Shown one piece after another: positions 33,873-44,925 of a stretch of 64,000 nucleotides of DNA. The first letter of the stretch is position 1, and each line of letters opens with the position of its first letter. The notes beneath the pieces were generated by a model, which saw only the letters and a program-made list of their open reading frames with translations, was not told the DNA's origin and made no database searches. The stretch is from Prochlorococcus sp. AG-347-G22. Its GTDB lineage: Bacteria; Cyanobacteriota; Cyanobacteriia; PCC-6307; Cyanobiaceae. The stretch covers positions 5,614 through 69,613 of the forward strand of contig QCBK01000004.1 of NCBI GenBank assembly GCA_003281635.1, given 5' to 3'. The translations under genes were made by a program, and so were the position numbers.

Positions 33873-35192
33873 ATGTTTGTCAACAAAAGTAGAAATCCTA
33901 GCGCTTCTGAAATACTTTCCCAATTATTTTTAAATAAAGAGCTAAGAAGTAGAGTTTTAACAACTCTAGGTCTTCTCCTTTTAGTAAGACTTGGTATTTA
34001 TATCCCCATGCCTGGTATTGATAGGGTTGCTTTTAAAAGTTTTATAGATCAAGGGGGTCAATTAATAGGTTTTTTAGATATTTTTACTGGAGGAGGAATT
34101 TCAACTTTAGGAATATTCGCATTAGGCATACTTCCTTTTATCAACGCATCAATTATTATTCAGCTTCTCACAGCTTCATTGCCTGTGCTTGAAGATTTAC
34201 AAAAAAATGAAGGAGAAGCGGGAAGAAGAAAAATTGCTCAAATAACGAGATATGTTTCATTAGGATGGGGCTTTTTGCAAAGTATAATTTTTTCCTTAAT
34301 TCTCAGACAATATGCTATTGAGGGGATAAGTGAGACTACTTTTGTTTTACAAACCTCCATTGCCTTAGTTACTGGTTCAATGTTAGTAATGTGGTTTAGT
34401 GAAATTATTACGGAGAAAGGGATAGGTCAGGGGGCTTCACTGGTAATTTTTTTAAATATTGTCTCAACTTTACCTAAGGCTTTAAGTTCTACTATTGAAA
34501 AAGCTCAAACTGGCGATAGAGGAGATGTTTTAGGTATAGCAGTTTTACTTGGAGTATTCTTACTGACAATTGTTGGAATAATTTTTGTTCAAGAGGGAGC
34601 AAGACGCATTCCTATTGTTAGTGCAAAAAGGCAGATAGGAAATTCAACTCTACTTCCTACAAGGCAAAGTTATTTACCTTTGAAATTAAATGCAGGAGGA
34701 GTCATGCCTATTATATTTGCATCTGCTTTAATCTTTTTACCTATAACTATTGCAAATGTGACTGGAAATCCAGTCTTAATCAAGTTAGCGAGTAGTTTAA
34801 ATCCTGGATCTTCTAATCCATGGCCATATGCTCTTACATTCTTCTCCTTAATTTTGGGGTTCTCCTATTTTTATGCATCTCTTACTATCAATCCTGTTGA
34901 TGTAGCTTCAAATTTAAAGAAAGGAGGGGTAGCCATACCAGGAGTTAGACCAGGTACTAATACAGCAAACTACCTTTCAGGAATACAAAATAGATTGACA
35001 CTATTGGGAGGACTATTTCTGGGTTCAGTAGCTATAATCCCAGCTGCAGTAGAAAGAGCTACAAATGTGCAGACTTTTCAAGGTTTAGGAGCAACTTCAT
35101 TACTTATTCTTGTGGGTGTTGCTATAGATACTGCGAAGCAAATTCAAACTTATGTTATTTCTCAAAGGTACGAGGGATTAATTAACAATTAA
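33873..35192 (+). CDS. secY: Preprotein translocase subunit SecY
   Basis: [40 protein letters not shown]. Confidence 0.98.
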   Translation: MFVNKSRNPSASEILSQLFLNKELRSRVLTTLGLLLLVRLGIYIPMPGIDRVAFKSFIDQGGQLIGFLDIFTGGGISTLGIFALGILPFINASIIIQLLTASLPVLEDLQKNEGEAGRRKIAQITRYVSLGWGFLQSIIFSLILRQYAIEGISETTFVLQTSIALVTGSMLVMWFSEIITEKGIGQGASLVIFLNIVSTLPKALSSTIEKAQTGDRGDVLGIAVLLGVFLLTIVGIIFVQEGARRIPIVSAKRQIGNSTLLPTRQSYLPLKLNAGGVMPIIFASALIFLPITIANVTGNPVLIKLASSLNPGSSNPWPYALTFFSLILGFSYFYASLTINPVDVASNLKKGGVAIPGVRPGTNTANYLSGIQNRLTLLGGLFLGSVAIIPAAVERATNVQTFQGLGATSLLILVGVAIDTAKQIQTYVISQRYEGLINN

Positions 35193-35740
35193 TGAAGAAA
35201 CATTTACTATTTTTAGGAGCTCCTGGAGCAGGGAAAGGGACTCAAGCGGAATTGCTAAGTCAAACTAATTCTTACTTACACCTTTCTACTGGTGAATTAT
35301 TAAGAAAAGAAATCGAAATGAATAGTATCCTTGGTATTCAGGTAAAGGATATTATGAATCGAGGGGAACTTGTTAGTGATGAACTCGTATTAAAGATAGT
35401 AAGACAAAATTTAGTCAAAGCTAATAAAGGTTGGATTCTAGATGGTTACCCAAGAAATTTATCTCAAGCAAATTCATTGAATGAGGTTTTAACTGAAATA
35501 AATCAACCTTTGCAAGTTGTTTTTTATTTAGATATTCCAGAAGAAGTGCTAATTAAGCGTTTGCTTTTAAGAGGAAGAATAGATGATACGGAAGAGACAA
35601 TTAGAACAAGAGTAGACATTTATAAAAAAACTACAGAACCATTGATTCAATATTTTAAAGATCTCTCATTGTTAGAATATATTGATGCTGATAGAGATTT
35701 AAAAACTATTTCCTCTGATATCAAACAAAAAATGGCTTGA
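35192..35740 (+). CDS. adk: Adenylate kinase (short-LID form)
   Basis: [23 protein letters not shown]. Confidence 0.97.
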   Translation: MKKHLLFLGAPGAGKGTQAELLSQTNSYLHLSTGELLRKEIEMNSILGIQVKDIMNRGELVSDELVLKIVRQNLVKANKGWILDGYPRNLSQANSLNEVLTEINQPLQVVFYLDIPEEVLIKRLLLRGRIDDTEETIRTRVDIYKKTTEPLIQYFKDLSLLEYIDADRDLKTISSDIKQKMA

Positions 35741-35785
35741 TGATGATGTAGAATATAGAATTAACGTTCCATTTGTTAAACCCCT

Positions 35786-35902
35786 ATGAAGGTCAGATCT
35801 TCAGTCAAAAAAATTAGTCCTGACGATCAGATCGTGAGGAGAAGAGGTAAAATCTATGTTATTAACAAGAAAAGACCTCGCAATAAACAACGTCAGGGTT
35901 AA
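35786..35902 (+). CDS. rpmJ: 50S ribosomal protein L36, Cys-free form (not in the ORF track)
   Basis: Manual translation [38 protein letters not shown]; canonical position before rpsM. Confidence 0.95.
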   Translation: MKVRSSVKKISPDDQIVRRRGKIYVINKKRPRNKQRQG

Positions 35903-35943
35903 ATTACAACCCTTAAATTAAAACTTTTACTTATTCAAAACAC

Positions 35944-36309
35944 GTGGCCAGGATTGCAGGAATTGACATACCTCGCGAAAAGCGAGTTGAAATTGCACTT
36001 ACATACGTCTATGGAATTGGTTTGACGAGATCAAAGCTTATTCTTTCTAATGCTGGTGTAAACCCAGATACTCGTGTCAAAGACCTTTCAGATTCTGATG
36101 TGCAGAAACTTAGAGGTGCCACAGAAGAGTTCACTTTAGAAGGGGATTTGAGAAGAAAAGAGGGAATGGCTTTAAAACGTCTACAAGATATTGGGTGTGT
36201 AAGAGGAAGAAGACATAGAATGAGTCTTCCTGTAAGAGGCCAAAGAACCAGAACCAATGCAAGAACAAGGCGAGGTTCTAGGAAAACAGTTGCTGGAAGA
36301 AAAAAATAA
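35944..36309 (+). CDS. rpsM: 30S ribosomal protein S13
   Basis: [21 protein letters not shown]. Confidence 0.98.
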   Translation: MARIAGIDIPREKRVEIALTYVYGIGLTRSKLILSNAGVNPDTRVKDLSDSDVQKLRGATEEFTLEGDLRRKEGMALKRLQDIGCVRGRRHRMSLPVRGQRTRTNARTRRGSRKTVAGRKK

Positions 36310-36353
36310 TTAACTAAATCTATTTACAAATTGAAGTATTAAATTAAAACATC

Positions 36354-36746
36354 ATGGCAGCTCCAGTAAAAAAAACAGGTTCAAAGAAATCTAAACGTAA
36401 TGTACCTAATGGTGTGGTACATATCCAAAGCACATTTAATAATACTATCGTCTCAATTACTGACACCTCTGGCCATGTGATTTCTTGGTCTTCTGCAGGC
36501 GCAAGTGGATTTAAAGGCGCTCGTAAAGGGACGCCATTTGCTGCTCAAACAGCCGCTGAAGCTGCAGCTAGAAGAGCACTTGATCAAGGGATGAGACAAA
36601 TAGAAGTACTAGTTAAAGGCCCTGGCTCAGGTAGGGAAACGGCCATAAGGGCTTTACAAGTGGCCGGATTAGAAATAACTCTAATAAGAGATGTAACTCC
36701 ATTACCTCATAATGGATGTAGAAGACCTAAACGGAGACGCGTTTAG
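36354..36746 (+). CDS. rpsK: 30S ribosomal protein S11
   Basis: [17 protein letters not shown]. Confidence 0.98.
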   Translation: MAAPVKKTGSKKSKRNVPNGVVHIQSTFNNTIVSITDTSGHVISWSSAGASGFKGARKGTPFAAQTAAEAAARRALDQGMRQIEVLVKGPGSGRETAIRALQVAGLEITLIRDVTPLPHNGCRRPKRRRV

Positions 36747-36800
36747 GTTTTTACCATTCTCACACCCACCCCAAAAAAACCTTTAACCTCATTATTTTCC

Positions 36801-37739
36801 GTGTTGCAATACCAGATTGACAGAATCGATCATCAAATAGCAGATGATCGCTCCCAAACAGGAACTTTTTTAATTGGCCCTCTTGAAAGGGGACAAGCTA
36901 CAACTTTGGGTAATTCTCTCAGAAGAGTCCTTATGGGAGGACTTGAAGGGAGTGCAGTTACTGCAGTAAGAATAGCAGGAATTAATCATGAATATGCTAC
37001 TATCCCTGGAGTTAGAGAAGACGTTTTAGATATTCTTCTCAATTGCAAGCAGCTATCAATAAATAGTTCTAATCCAGAGCTCGAAATCGGTAGGTTAGTA
37101 GCGAGCGGTCCGATGGAGGTGAAGGCGAATGATATTCAATTTTCCTCTCAAGTTGAAATTGTTGATGGCGAAAAACCGATCGCGACTATACAGGAGGGTC
37201 ATAATTTAGAGTTGGAAATCCATGTTGAGAGAGGTGTTGGATATAGACCCGTCGATCGTAAGAGTGAAGAAACAACTGCTATTGATTTACTTCAAATAGA
37301 TGCTGTTTTTATGCCAGTCAAGAGAGTGAATTTTACGATTGATGAAACTGCTGTAGCAGAAGGAGGAACAGGAAGAGAAAGATTAAAAATGGAAGTAGTA
37401 ACAGATGGCTCAACAAGTCCTGATGATGCTATTGCTGAAGCTGCAAATCAGTTAATAGAACTATTTCAACCCCTAGCTACTGTAACAATGGTTGAAGAAA
37501 TTCCTGAAGAACCTGAACCATCTCCTGAAGCTCAAATTCCTCTTGAGGAACTAAACTTGTCCGTTAGAGCATATAATTGTTTGAAAAGAGCTCAAGTTAA
37601 CTCAGTTTCGGATTTAATGGGCTTCAGCTATGAAGATCTTCTTGAAATTAAGAACTTTGGTTCTAAATCTGCAGATGAGGTTATTGAAGCTCTTGAGCGG
37701 ATAGGCATATCTATTCCACAAAGTAGAACATCTGTTTAA
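36801..37739 (+). CDS. rpoA: RNA polymerase alpha subunit
   Basis: [33 protein letters not shown]. Confidence 0.98.
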   Translation: MLQYQIDRIDHQIADDRSQTGTFLIGPLERGQATTLGNSLRRVLMGGLEGSAVTAVRIAGINHEYATIPGVREDVLDILLNCKQLSINSSNPELEIGRLVASGPMEVKANDIQFSSQVEIVDGEKPIATIQEGHNLELEIHVERGVGYRPVDRKSEETTAIDLLQIDAVFMPVKRVNFTIDETAVAEGGTGRERLKMEVVTDGSTSPDDAIAEAANQLIELFQPLATVTMVEEIPEEPEPSPEAQIPLEELNLSVRAYNCLKRAQVNSVSDLMGFSYEDLLEIKNFGSKSADEVIEALERIGISIPQSRTSV

Positions 37740-37753
37740 CCATTTTTAAGATT

Positions 37754-38104
37754 ATGAGACACCAACTTAGAATTCCATTATTAAGTAAACCTGCGGACCA
37801 GAGGAAAGCACTTTTAAGAGGTCTAACTACACAATTAATTAGGGAAGGTAGAGTAACGACAACAAAAGCTAGGGCAAAAGCTTTAAGAAATGAAGCTGAA
37901 AAAATGATTTCACTCGCTAAAGAGGGAAGTTTGGCTTCTAGGAGAAGAGCAATTGGATATATTTATGATAAGAAATTAGTTCATTCATTGTTTGAAAAAG
38001 CAAAGGAAAGATATGGAGACAGAAAAGGTGGTTATACACGCATAGTCAGAACCGTATCTAGAAAAGGTGATAACGCTCAGATGGCAATAATCGAGCTTGT
38101 TTAA
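37754..38104 (+). CDS. rplQ: 50S ribosomal protein L17
   Basis: MRHQ, TTKARAK, GGYTRI, GDNA. Confidence 0.98.
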   Translation: MRHQLRIPLLSKPADQRKALLRGLTTQLIREGRVTTTKARAKALRNEAEKMISLAKEGSLASRRRAIGYIYDKKLVHSLFEKAKERYGDRKGGYTRIVRTVSRKGDNAQMAIIELV

Positions 38105-38141
38105 ATTTTTTAATAAAGGTGCTTTAACTAGAAAATAACTT

Positions 38142-38948
38142 TTGAAACGGGTAGCTTTACTAGTCCAATATGATGGATCTCATTATTCAGGTTGGCAAAA
38201 ACAAAAAAATGCAACTACAGTTCAAGAAATTCTAGATAGAACTCTCTTAAAGATTACAAATCATAAAGTAAAGACTTTCGCCGCAGGTAGGACTGATGCT
38301 GGGGTTCATGCATCAGGTCAAGTAGTACACTTCGATATTGATTTTGTTATCCCAGGAAGTAGTTATTCTGATGTCTTAAATAGTCTTTTACCCTCAACAA
38401 TTAGGGTCTTGGAATCAGTTGAGGTTAAAGATAGTTGGCATGCATGCTACTCAGCGATTTATAGACATTATCGATATGTCATTAATAACAGTAAATTCCC
38501 TAACTTGTTTATCAACAACTGGTCATGGCATAGATATCAAAAAGTATTAGATGAAGTTTTAATGTTAAATGCATCCAAGACAATGGAGGGCCAACATGAT
38601 TTTTTTGCTTTTCAGAAAAGCGGAAGTAACAGGACAAACTCTATTACAAAAATAAAAAATATTGATATTAATAGAGTAGAAGATTTAATTTTAATTGATA
38701 TTAAAGCTACTGGCTTTCTTTATGGAATGGTACGTTTAATTGTTGGTCAACTAGTGTTAGTTGGAGAAAAAAAAATATCCCCAGAAATTTTTAAAGATAG
38801 ATGGGTAAATAAAAAGAAAAATGATGTTAAAGAATCTGCTCCAGCTAAGGGGTTATGCTTTGTAAATGCTGTTTATGAAGAAAATGTTTTTAAAAAGATT
38901 AATAACAATGATTTTTTTCCTGTATTTTTAATTAAGGGTTTTTCTTAA
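38142..38948 (+). CDS. truA: tRNA pseudouridine(38-40) synthase
   Basis: YDGSHYSGWQ, AGRTDAGVHA, FLYGMVR. Confidence 0.96.
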   Translation: MKRVALLVQYDGSHYSGWQKQKNATTVQEILDRTLLKITNHKVKTFAAGRTDAGVHASGQVVHFDIDFVIPGSSYSDVLNSLLPSTIRVLESVEVKDSWHACYSAIYRHYRYVINNSKFPNLFINNWSWHRYQKVLDEVLMLNASKTMEGQHDFFAFQKSGSNRTNSITKIKNIDINRVEDLILIDIKATGFLYGMVRLIVGQLVLVGEKKISPEIFKDRWVNKKKNDVKESAPAKGLCFVNAVYEENVFKKINNNDFFPVFLIKGFS

Positions 38949-39063
38949 GTAAATTTTAATTAATCAAAATTTTTGTGTAAATCATTCAAAACTATTGTTT
39001 AATTTTCCTCTAATAAGGTAGAATTTAAGACTAACTTTAAATTTATTTGCATAAATTCGGTAA

Positions 39064-39495
39064 ATGAATAAAACAATTACTCCATCTTTGGAAACCATTG
39101 AAAGAAATTGGTTTTTAGTTGACGCAAAAGATAAGACACTTGGAAGACTTGCTACCGAAATTGCAACTGTATTAAGAGGTAAGAATAAACCAACATTTAC
39201 TCCTCATTTAGATACTGGAGATTTTGTCATTGTTGTAAATGCTGAAAAGGTTGAGGTAACAGGTAAAAAAGTATCACAAAAGCTGTACAGAAGACATTCT
39301 GGCAGGCCAGGAGGAATGAAAATTGAAAAATTTGAGTCATTGCAAGAGAGAATTCCTGAAAGAATCATCGAGCAGGCTGTTAAGGGTATGCTGCCACATA
39401 ACTCTTTGGGAAGACAGCAATTTAAAAAATTAAAAGTTTATAAAGGCGCTGATCATCCTCATGCTGCTCAGAATCCTGTATTATTAAATAGTTAA
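39064..39495 (+). CDS. rplM: 50S ribosomal protein L13
   Basis: LGRLA, LRGKNKP.FTPH.DTGD, VKGMLP. Confidence 0.98.
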   Translation: MNKTITPSLETIERNWFLVDAKDKTLGRLATEIATVLRGKNKPTFTPHLDTGDFVIVVNAEKVEVTGKKVSQKLYRRHSGRPGGMKIEKFESLQERIPERIIEQAVKGMLPHNSLGRQQFKKLKVYKGADHPHAAQNPVLLNS

Positions 39496-39504
39496 TTTAT
39501 CAAA

Positions 39505-39915
39505 ATGAATAGTCAAATAAACAACAAAGCTGTGTATTGGGGAACTGGAAGAAGAAAAACTTCAGTTGCTAGAGTTCGGCTGATTCCAGGGAATGGGCTA
39601 ATCAAAATTAATGGTCGTTCAGGAGATGATTACTTAAACTTTAATCCTCTACATTTAAATTCAATAAAAGCACCTTTGCAAACATTAGGACTTGAAAATT
39701 CTTATGATATTCTTGTAAATGTGTTTGGTGGTGGATTGACAGGTCAAGCTGACGCTATTAAGCAAGGTGCCGCAAGAGCACTTTGTGAATTATCTCCTGA
39801 CAATAGGAAACCGCTAAAAACTGAAGGCCATCTCAGTAGAGATCCTAGAGCTAAGGAAAGAAGAAAATATGGTCTTAAAAAAGCAAGAAAAGCTCCCCAA
39901 TTCTCTAAACGTTAA
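39505..39915 (+). CDS. rpsI: 30S ribosomal protein S9
   Basis: [25 protein letters not shown]. Confidence 0.98.
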   Translation: MNSQINNKAVYWGTGRRKTSVARVRLIPGNGLIKINGRSGDDYLNFNPLHLNSIKAPLQTLGLENSYDILVNVFGGGLTGQADAIKQGAARALCELSPDNRKPLKTEGHLSRDPRAKERRKYGLKKARKAPQFSKR

Positions 39916-39928
39916 AGGAATTTAAATC

Positions 39929-40189
39929 ATGCCAAAATCAGAAATACACCCAAAATGGTATCCAGATGCAAAAGTTATTTGTAACGGAGAAATTGTTATG
40001 ACTACTGGTTCAACACAACCTGAATTACATGTTGATGTATGGAGTGGTAACCATCCCTTCTTTACTGGAACTCAGAAAATTCTTGATACAGAAGGTAGGG
40101 TTGATAGGTTTATGAAAAAATATGGAATGGGCTCAGCTAATTCAGCCACATCAACAGAGCCAAAAGAAGAAAAAGAATCTAAAAAATAG
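39929..40189 (+). CDS. rpmE: 50S ribosomal protein L31
   Basis: IHPKWY, NHPFFTG, GRVDRF. Confidence 0.97.
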   Translation: MPKSEIHPKWYPDAKVICNGEIVMTTGSTQPELHVDVWSGNHPFFTGTQKILDTEGRVDRFMKKYGMGSANSATSTEPKEEKESKK

Positions 40190-40217
40190 AATTTTCCAAA
40201 ATTAAGCACAATTTCAA

Positions 40218-41312
40218 TTGGAATACTCAACATTAATTGCAAGGTTGAAAACTGCTTCAGAAAGTTTCGAAAATTTGGAAGTTCAGCTTGCAGATCCTGA
40301 TATAGCTAATGATCCCAAAAAATTAGAATCAATTGCAAGAGAAAGGTCAAAATTGGAACCTTTGGTGATTGATTTTAATAAGTTGCTGGATACAGATAAA
40401 GAAATCGAAGATTCAAAAAATCTACTCAAAGATAATAGAAATGATAAAGAAATGGAATCTTTGATAAATGAGGAGTTAATAAATTTAGAGGAATGCAAAA
40501 ATGAATTGATTCAAAAAACCACAATTGCCTTATTGCCTAAAGATCCGAGAGATGAGAGAAGTGTAATGTTAGAAATCAGAGCAGGTGCTGGAGGTAATGA
40601 GGCTTGTATCTGGGCGGGTGATTTAGCAAGAATGTATGAAAGATATGGACAAAAAATTGGATGGTCTGTTAAACCTGTTAGCGCTTCAGAGTCAGATATG
40701 GGAGGATTTAAGGAGTTAGTTATCTCTGTTAAGGGAGATTCAGTATATAGTCAACTTAAATTTGAGGCTGGTGTACATAGAGTCCAAAGAGTTCCAGCTA
40801 CAGAATCTCAAGGTAGAGTTCACACCTCAACTGCTACAGTAGCCGTTATGCCTGAGGCCGATCCCGTTGAGGTTAAGATTGATCCAACAGATCTAGAGGT
40901 TGGTACAGCAAGATCAGGAGGTGCAGGTGGGCAAAATGTTAATAAGGTAGAGACAGCGATTGATCTTCTACACAAGCCTACAGGAATACGAGTTTTTTGT
41001 ACTCAAGAGAGATCACAATTGCAAAATCGAGAACGAGCAATGGAAATTTTAAGAGCTAAATTATATGAAATTCAATTAAAAGAAGCTAATGCAAAAGAAC
41101 GATCGCAAAGGCTTTCTCAGGTTGGAACAGGTGACAGGAGTGAAAAAATTAGAACCTATAATTTTAAAGATAACAGGACAACGGATCATAGATTAGGTTC
41201 TAATTTTTCACTAGAGCCAATTCTTGCTGGTCAACTAGATGAAGTGATTGATGCATGCATAGCGCAAGAACAAAAAAGAATGATGGAAGATTTTAATAAC
41301 GAAGTAAATTAA
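40218..41312 (+). CDS. prfA: Peptide chain release factor 1
   Basis: PAT specificity motif (RVPATE), [17 protein letters not shown]. Confidence 0.97.
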   Translation: MEYSTLIARLKTASESFENLEVQLADPDIANDPKKLESIARERSKLEPLVIDFNKLLDTDKEIEDSKNLLKDNRNDKEMESLINEELINLEECKNELIQKTTIALLPKDPRDERSVMLEIRAGAGGNEACIWAGDLARMYERYGQKIGWSVKPVSASESDMGGFKELVISVKGDSVYSQLKFEAGVHRVQRVPATESQGRVHTSTATVAVMPEADPVEVKIDPTDLEVGTARSGGAGGQNVNKVETAIDLLHKPTGIRVFCTQERSQLQNRERAMEILRAKLYEIQLKEANAKERSQRLSQVGTGDRSEKIRTYNFKDNRTTDHRLGSNFSLEPILAGQLDEVIDACIAQEQKRMMEDFNNEVN

Positions 41313-41324
41313 GGTTTGATTATA

Positions 41325-41831
41325 TTAGATTGCAATTCCTATTACGTATTTACTCCATTCTTTATGTTTGCCAGAGTCAATTTGTCTTGTAGCCTCAAAA
41401 TTAAGATTACTAAGTGGACGATAAGGCTTGCGTTTTAAAGGCATATTTGCCTCTTCAGGGGTTCGGTTACCTTTTTGTACATTACACCTGAGACATGCCG
41501 TAGTAACATTTTCCCAGTTATCTGTTCCACCCCTGCTTCTCGGTAAAACATGATCTATTGAAAGGTCACTACCCCTGTAGTTACAGTATTGGCAAGCATT
41601 GTTATCTCTCAGAAGAATATTTTTTCTTGTTAAAGAAACCTCTCTGAAAGGGACCTTAACGTAGTAACGAAGTCTTATGACTGTCGGCAATTTTCTACCA
41701 CAATGTATTGAATATGATTTATCTTCCTCTAAGCTTTCTGCTTTACCTTTGATCATCAAAATGACAGCTCTTCGCCAAGAAGTGATGTTTAAAGGTTCAT
41801 AAGATGCATTTAAAACTAGAGTCTGGCCCAT
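41325..41831 (-). CDS. HNH endonuclease family protein
   Basis: TLVLNASYEP, RDNNACQYC, SIDHVLPRSRGG, CLRCNVQKG; start set at MGQT. Confidence 0.9.
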   Translation of the reverse strand: MGQTLVLNASYEPLNITSWRRAVILMIKGKAESLEEDKSYSIHCGRKLPTVIRLRYYVKVPFREVSLTRKNILLRDNNACQYCNYRGSDLSIDHVLPRSRGGTDNWENVTTACLRCNVQKGNRTPEEANMPLKRKPYRPLSNLNFEATRQIDSGKHKEWSKYVIGIAI

Positions 41832-41899
41832 GCCAAAATACAATTTACATGTCATGCTAACTGTATATTTCAATAAGCGCATATAATTGTGCAAAGTTA

Positions 41900-43099
41900 A
41901 TGCAAATTCGGCAAACAAATCAGCGATTTAATTTTGATAAATATTCAAATTTTGATAGAGATATAGATCCTAAACAAAGAGCATGGATTGAAGTCAATGG
42001 TCAAGCAATAGAAGAAAATGTAAGGCAGTTAAGGTCTAAATTAAGTAGAAATTGTCAATTTATGGCGGTTGTCAAAGCTGATGGATATGGACATGATGCA
42101 AAGTTAGTATCTGACTATGCTATTAAAGGAGGAGCTTCAGAATTAGGTGTTGCCACTCTAAAAGAAGGGATTAAGCTTCGTTCTTCTGGAGTTAACAAAC
42201 CAATTCTTGTTTTGGGAAATCTGTATACGAAAAAGGATTTAATATTAGCCTTTAAAAATGATCTTATGCCAACTATCAGTTGTCTTAGAGAGTGTTTAAT
42301 TTGCAACAATATTGGTAAGCAGTTTGGGTTGAAATTTTCTTTACATCTTAAGGTTGATACTGGAATGTCAAGATTAGGATTTGAATCTGATAAGTTTATT
42401 CAGGAATTTGAAAAAATAAAATCTTTTGAAAACATTTCAATAGAAGGAATATATAGTCATTTATCATCTGCAGATGAAGATAACTCATTAGATCCTAAAA
42501 GCAGTGCTCAATTACAAAGACTTAAGTTTAGGGAATTATTAAAGCAAATTAATGTTGATAGTGATCCCAATATCAAGATTCATTTGGCAAATTCTGCAGG
42601 CATGCTTCTCAATAAAGATTTTCATTTTCATATGGTAAGAGTTGGCCTTTCTATGTATGGATATAGTCCTCTAGCAAAAATAGATAAAAATTTATTACTT
42701 AAACCAGCTTTATTTTTGAAAGTTAAAGTGGCTTTTACAAGAGTTATCGAACCTGGTGTAAGGGTAAGTTACGGAGGAAAGTTTGTAAGTAGTAAAAAAA
42801 CTAAGTTAGCTGTATTAAGTATTGGCTACGCAGATGGAGTTCCAAGAAATCTTTCAGGCAAGATATATGTTATTCATAATAATAAACTTTATCCCCAAGT
42901 TGGATCTATAACAATGGATCAAATGATGGTGGACATAACAGGTTCAAATGAAATTAGAATTGGTAGTACGATGGTATTACTAGGATCTGAGGGAGATAAA
43001 ACAATTTCTCCTCTTGAATGGGCAACAATATCTAATACTATCCCATGGGAAATTCTTTGTTCTTTTAAAAATAGATTACCGAGAGTTCAGGTTGATTAG
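41900..43099 (+). CDS. alr: Alanine racemase
   Basis: AVVKADGYGH PLP-lysine motif, HLKVDTGMSRLG, IGYADG. Confidence 0.97.
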   Translation: MQIRQTNQRFNFDKYSNFDRDIDPKQRAWIEVNGQAIEENVRQLRSKLSRNCQFMAVVKADGYGHDAKLVSDYAIKGGASELGVATLKEGIKLRSSGVNKPILVLGNLYTKKDLILAFKNDLMPTISCLRECLICNNIGKQFGLKFSLHLKVDTGMSRLGFESDKFIQEFEKIKSFENISIEGIYSHLSSADEDNSLDPKSSAQLQRLKFRELLKQINVDSDPNIKIHLANSAGMLLNKDFHFHMVRVGLSMYGYSPLAKIDKNLLLKPALFLKVKVAFTRVIEPGVRVSYGGKFVSSKKTKLAVLSIGYADGVPRNLSGKIYVIHNNKLYPQVGSITMDQMMVDITGSNEIRIGSTMVLLGSEGDKTISPLEWATISNTIPWEILCSFKNRLPRVQVD

Positions 43100-43160
43100 A
43101 CATTGCGATTAAATAAAAAATTTTGAATGTTTGCAAAAAAATTGATAATGTATAAGAACT

Positions 43161-43249
43161 GGAGAGGTGGCTGAGTGGTTGAAAGCGGCTCCCTGCTAAG
43201 GAGTTACAGGAGGTAACTTTTGTCGAGGGTTCGAATCCCTCCCTCTCCG
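43161..43249 (+). tRNA. tRNA-Ser(GCT); island integration site
   Basis: GGAGAGGTGGCTGAGTGG...GCTCC-CT-GCT-AA-GGAGT, long variable arm, GGGTTCGAATCCC. Confidence 0.96.
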
Positions 43250-43254
43250 TAATT
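43239..43254 (+). repeat. attL-like core repeat
   Basis: CTCCCTCTCCGTAATT, identical to 46614-46629. Confidence 0.85.
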
Positions 43255-43259
43255 ATTTG

Positions 43260-43355
43260 GTTCGTGGAAGTTTATAAGAGTTCGCTGAGGTTCCAGATCC
43301 AATGATACGACTATAGATGCCAGAATTGAAGGTGCTTACAGGTTCGCACAAGTTC
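43260..43355 (+). repeat. 10-bp-phased GTTC arrays (left arm)
   Basis: GTTC/GTTT/GTTC/GTTC at 43260, 43270, 43280, 43290; GTGC/GTTC/GTTC at 43332, 43342, 43352. Confidence 0.75.
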
Positions 43356-43370
43356 AATATTACGTCATCC

Positions 43371-43473
43371 AATTGGTGGGTAAATTGGTGGGTAAAATGT
43401 ATATCTGGAGTAAAAATGGTGGGTAGAGATAACGTAGTCAGAGATTACGTTCTAAGCGATTGCGGTGGGTAAA
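43371..43473 (+). repeat. GGTGGGTA boxes (x4) plus left copy of the 43-bp palindromic repeat
   Basis: GGTGGGTA at 43375, 43387, 43418, 43464; 43431-43473 matches 46501-46543 at 36/43. Confidence 0.8.
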
Positions 43474-43522
43474 AATATTATTTTAATCGTAATTTATACA
43501 AATGAAATATTTAAAATTAAGG

Positions 43523-43531
43523 TGGTATACT
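43523..43531 (+). promoter_or_regulatory. Putative extended -10 promoter (TGnTATACT) of the cargo operon
   Basis: TGGTATACT about 33 bp upstream of the ATG at 43564. Confidence 0.45.
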
Positions 43532-43563
43532 ACTAAAAAAATTTATATGTCCGAAGAACTTTT

Positions 43564-44925
43564 ATGTTCAAAAAAATTGAGATTTGGATACTTTACTTAG
43601 TTTTGCTTTTAGGTATACCAATAACGATTAGTTTTGGTGTGCTTGTAAGACAAGAATTAGATGGAAGCACCAAATTAGGAATGGTTTCTAAAACTGCATT
43701 ATTTCTCGCGGAAACACCTCTAAACATTATAAAAATATTGAGAGCGAATCAAAATCTTAAAGTTGAAGATAGGTTTCCGTTATTAAAAGGTTTTCAAGGA
43801 ACTCCTAATTCAATTGAATCTTATCTCCTTCTCTCAAGGTATGACGGAGATTTAAAAGAGGGAATAGTTGAACTTGTTGATTTAACCAATTTTAAGGTTT
43901 TGCATACTTGGAATCCTGATATAGATAGATTTAATACATCGGTTGAAAAGATTAATGAGTTTAAATATTTAACTAGAGATTTAAATAACTCGAGATATCT
44001 GCTTAGGCACCCAATCTTGCTTGAAGATGGTGGTTTATTGTTTCAAAATACTTCTCCTTTAAAAAAGATTGATTCCTGCTCAAATTTGATCTTTCAAAAT
44101 ACAAATGATAAGTTTCATCATTCCATAGAAAAAGATGCTGAAGGGAATATATGGGTTCCTTCTCACATCTACCCACAATCTCTACCTATTGAAAAAGTTG
44201 GCAGGAATATTATTGAAGAAAAAGGTTATTACGATGATGCGATTGTTAAAGTATCTCCTGAAGGAGAAGTTCTATTTGAAAAGTCTGTTTCACAAATATT
44301 TATTGATAATGGACTCGAGTATCTTTTATTTGGTGTAGGTGATAGAAGATTTACAAAAGATCCAATTCATTTAAATGATATTCAACCGGTTGATTTTGAT
44401 GGAGAGTTTTGGAAGAAAGGAGACGTATTTTTATCTTTGAGACATCAATCAATGGTCTTATTGTTTAGACCTTCAACAAATAAAATTATTTGGAAGGGAA
44501 CAGGTCTATTTTTTCATCAACATGATGTAGATATTTTAAATGACCACAAAATATCAGTTTTTAACAATAATTCTAAGGATTTTGCAAGTGGTGATGTTGT
44601 AGATGGAAATAATGAAGTGATAATTTATAATTTTAAGACAAATCAATACTCTTCTTATCTAAGCGATAGTTTAATAAAAAACGATGTAAGAACAATAACA
44701 GCGGGGAGAAATCAAATTCTAGAAAACGGAGACCTTTTTGTAGAAGAGACGAATTATGGCAGAAGTTTATATTTTAATTCAGATGGTTCTTTGAGATGGA
44801 AACATGTCAATCGTGCAGATGATGGGAAGGTTTATGTTATTAGATGGTCTAGAATCTTGTACGAGAAAGAGGATATTCAGAATGTAAGTAACTTCCTAGT
44901 TTCAAGAAAAAAATGCAATGACTGA
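43564..44925 (+). CDS. Membrane-anchored arylsulfotransferase (ASST family)
   Basis: N-terminal TM anchor; FHHS, DPIHLNDI, LSLRHQS, HQHD correspond to the ASST catalytic His/Asn/Arg/His motifs. Confidence 0.8.
   Translation: MFKKIEIWILYLVLLLGIPITISFGVLVRQELDGSTKLGMVSKTALFLAETPLNIIKILRANQNLKVEDRFPLLKGFQGTPNSIESYLLLSRYDGDLKEGIVELVDLTNFKVLHTWNPDIDRFNTSVEKINEFKYLTRDLNNSRYLLRHPILLEDGGLLFQNTSPLKKIDSCSNLIFQNTNDKFHHSIEKDAEGNIWVPSHIYPQSLPIEKVGRNIIEEKGYYDDAIVKVSPEGEVLFEKSVSQIFIDNGLEYLLFGVGDRRFTKDPIHLNDIQPVDFDGEFWKKGDVFLSLRHQSMVLLFRPSTNKIIWKGTGLFFHQHDVDILNDHKISVFNNNSKDFASGDVVDGNNEVIIYNFKTNQYSSYLSDSLIKNDVRTITAGRNQILENGDLFVEETNYGRSLYFNSDGSLRWKHVNRADDGKVYVIRWSRILYEKEDIQNVSNFLVSRKKCND

Noticed and set aside
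25190-40189. rpsJ, rpsN, rpmD, infA and rpsD missing from the ribosomal supercluster
   Set aside because: Such absences or relocations are typical of (pico)cyanobacterial gene order and are not novel.
41325-41831. HNH endonuclease as a mobility gene of the island
   Set aside because: It lies outside the att repeats, beyond alr, and looks like the conserved cyanobacterial HNH next to prfA/alr.
43260-43475. Repeats downstream of tRNA-Ser as a CRISPR array
   Set aside because: Units are 4-12 bp with no 23-47-bp repeat/spacer alternation, and there are no cas genes.
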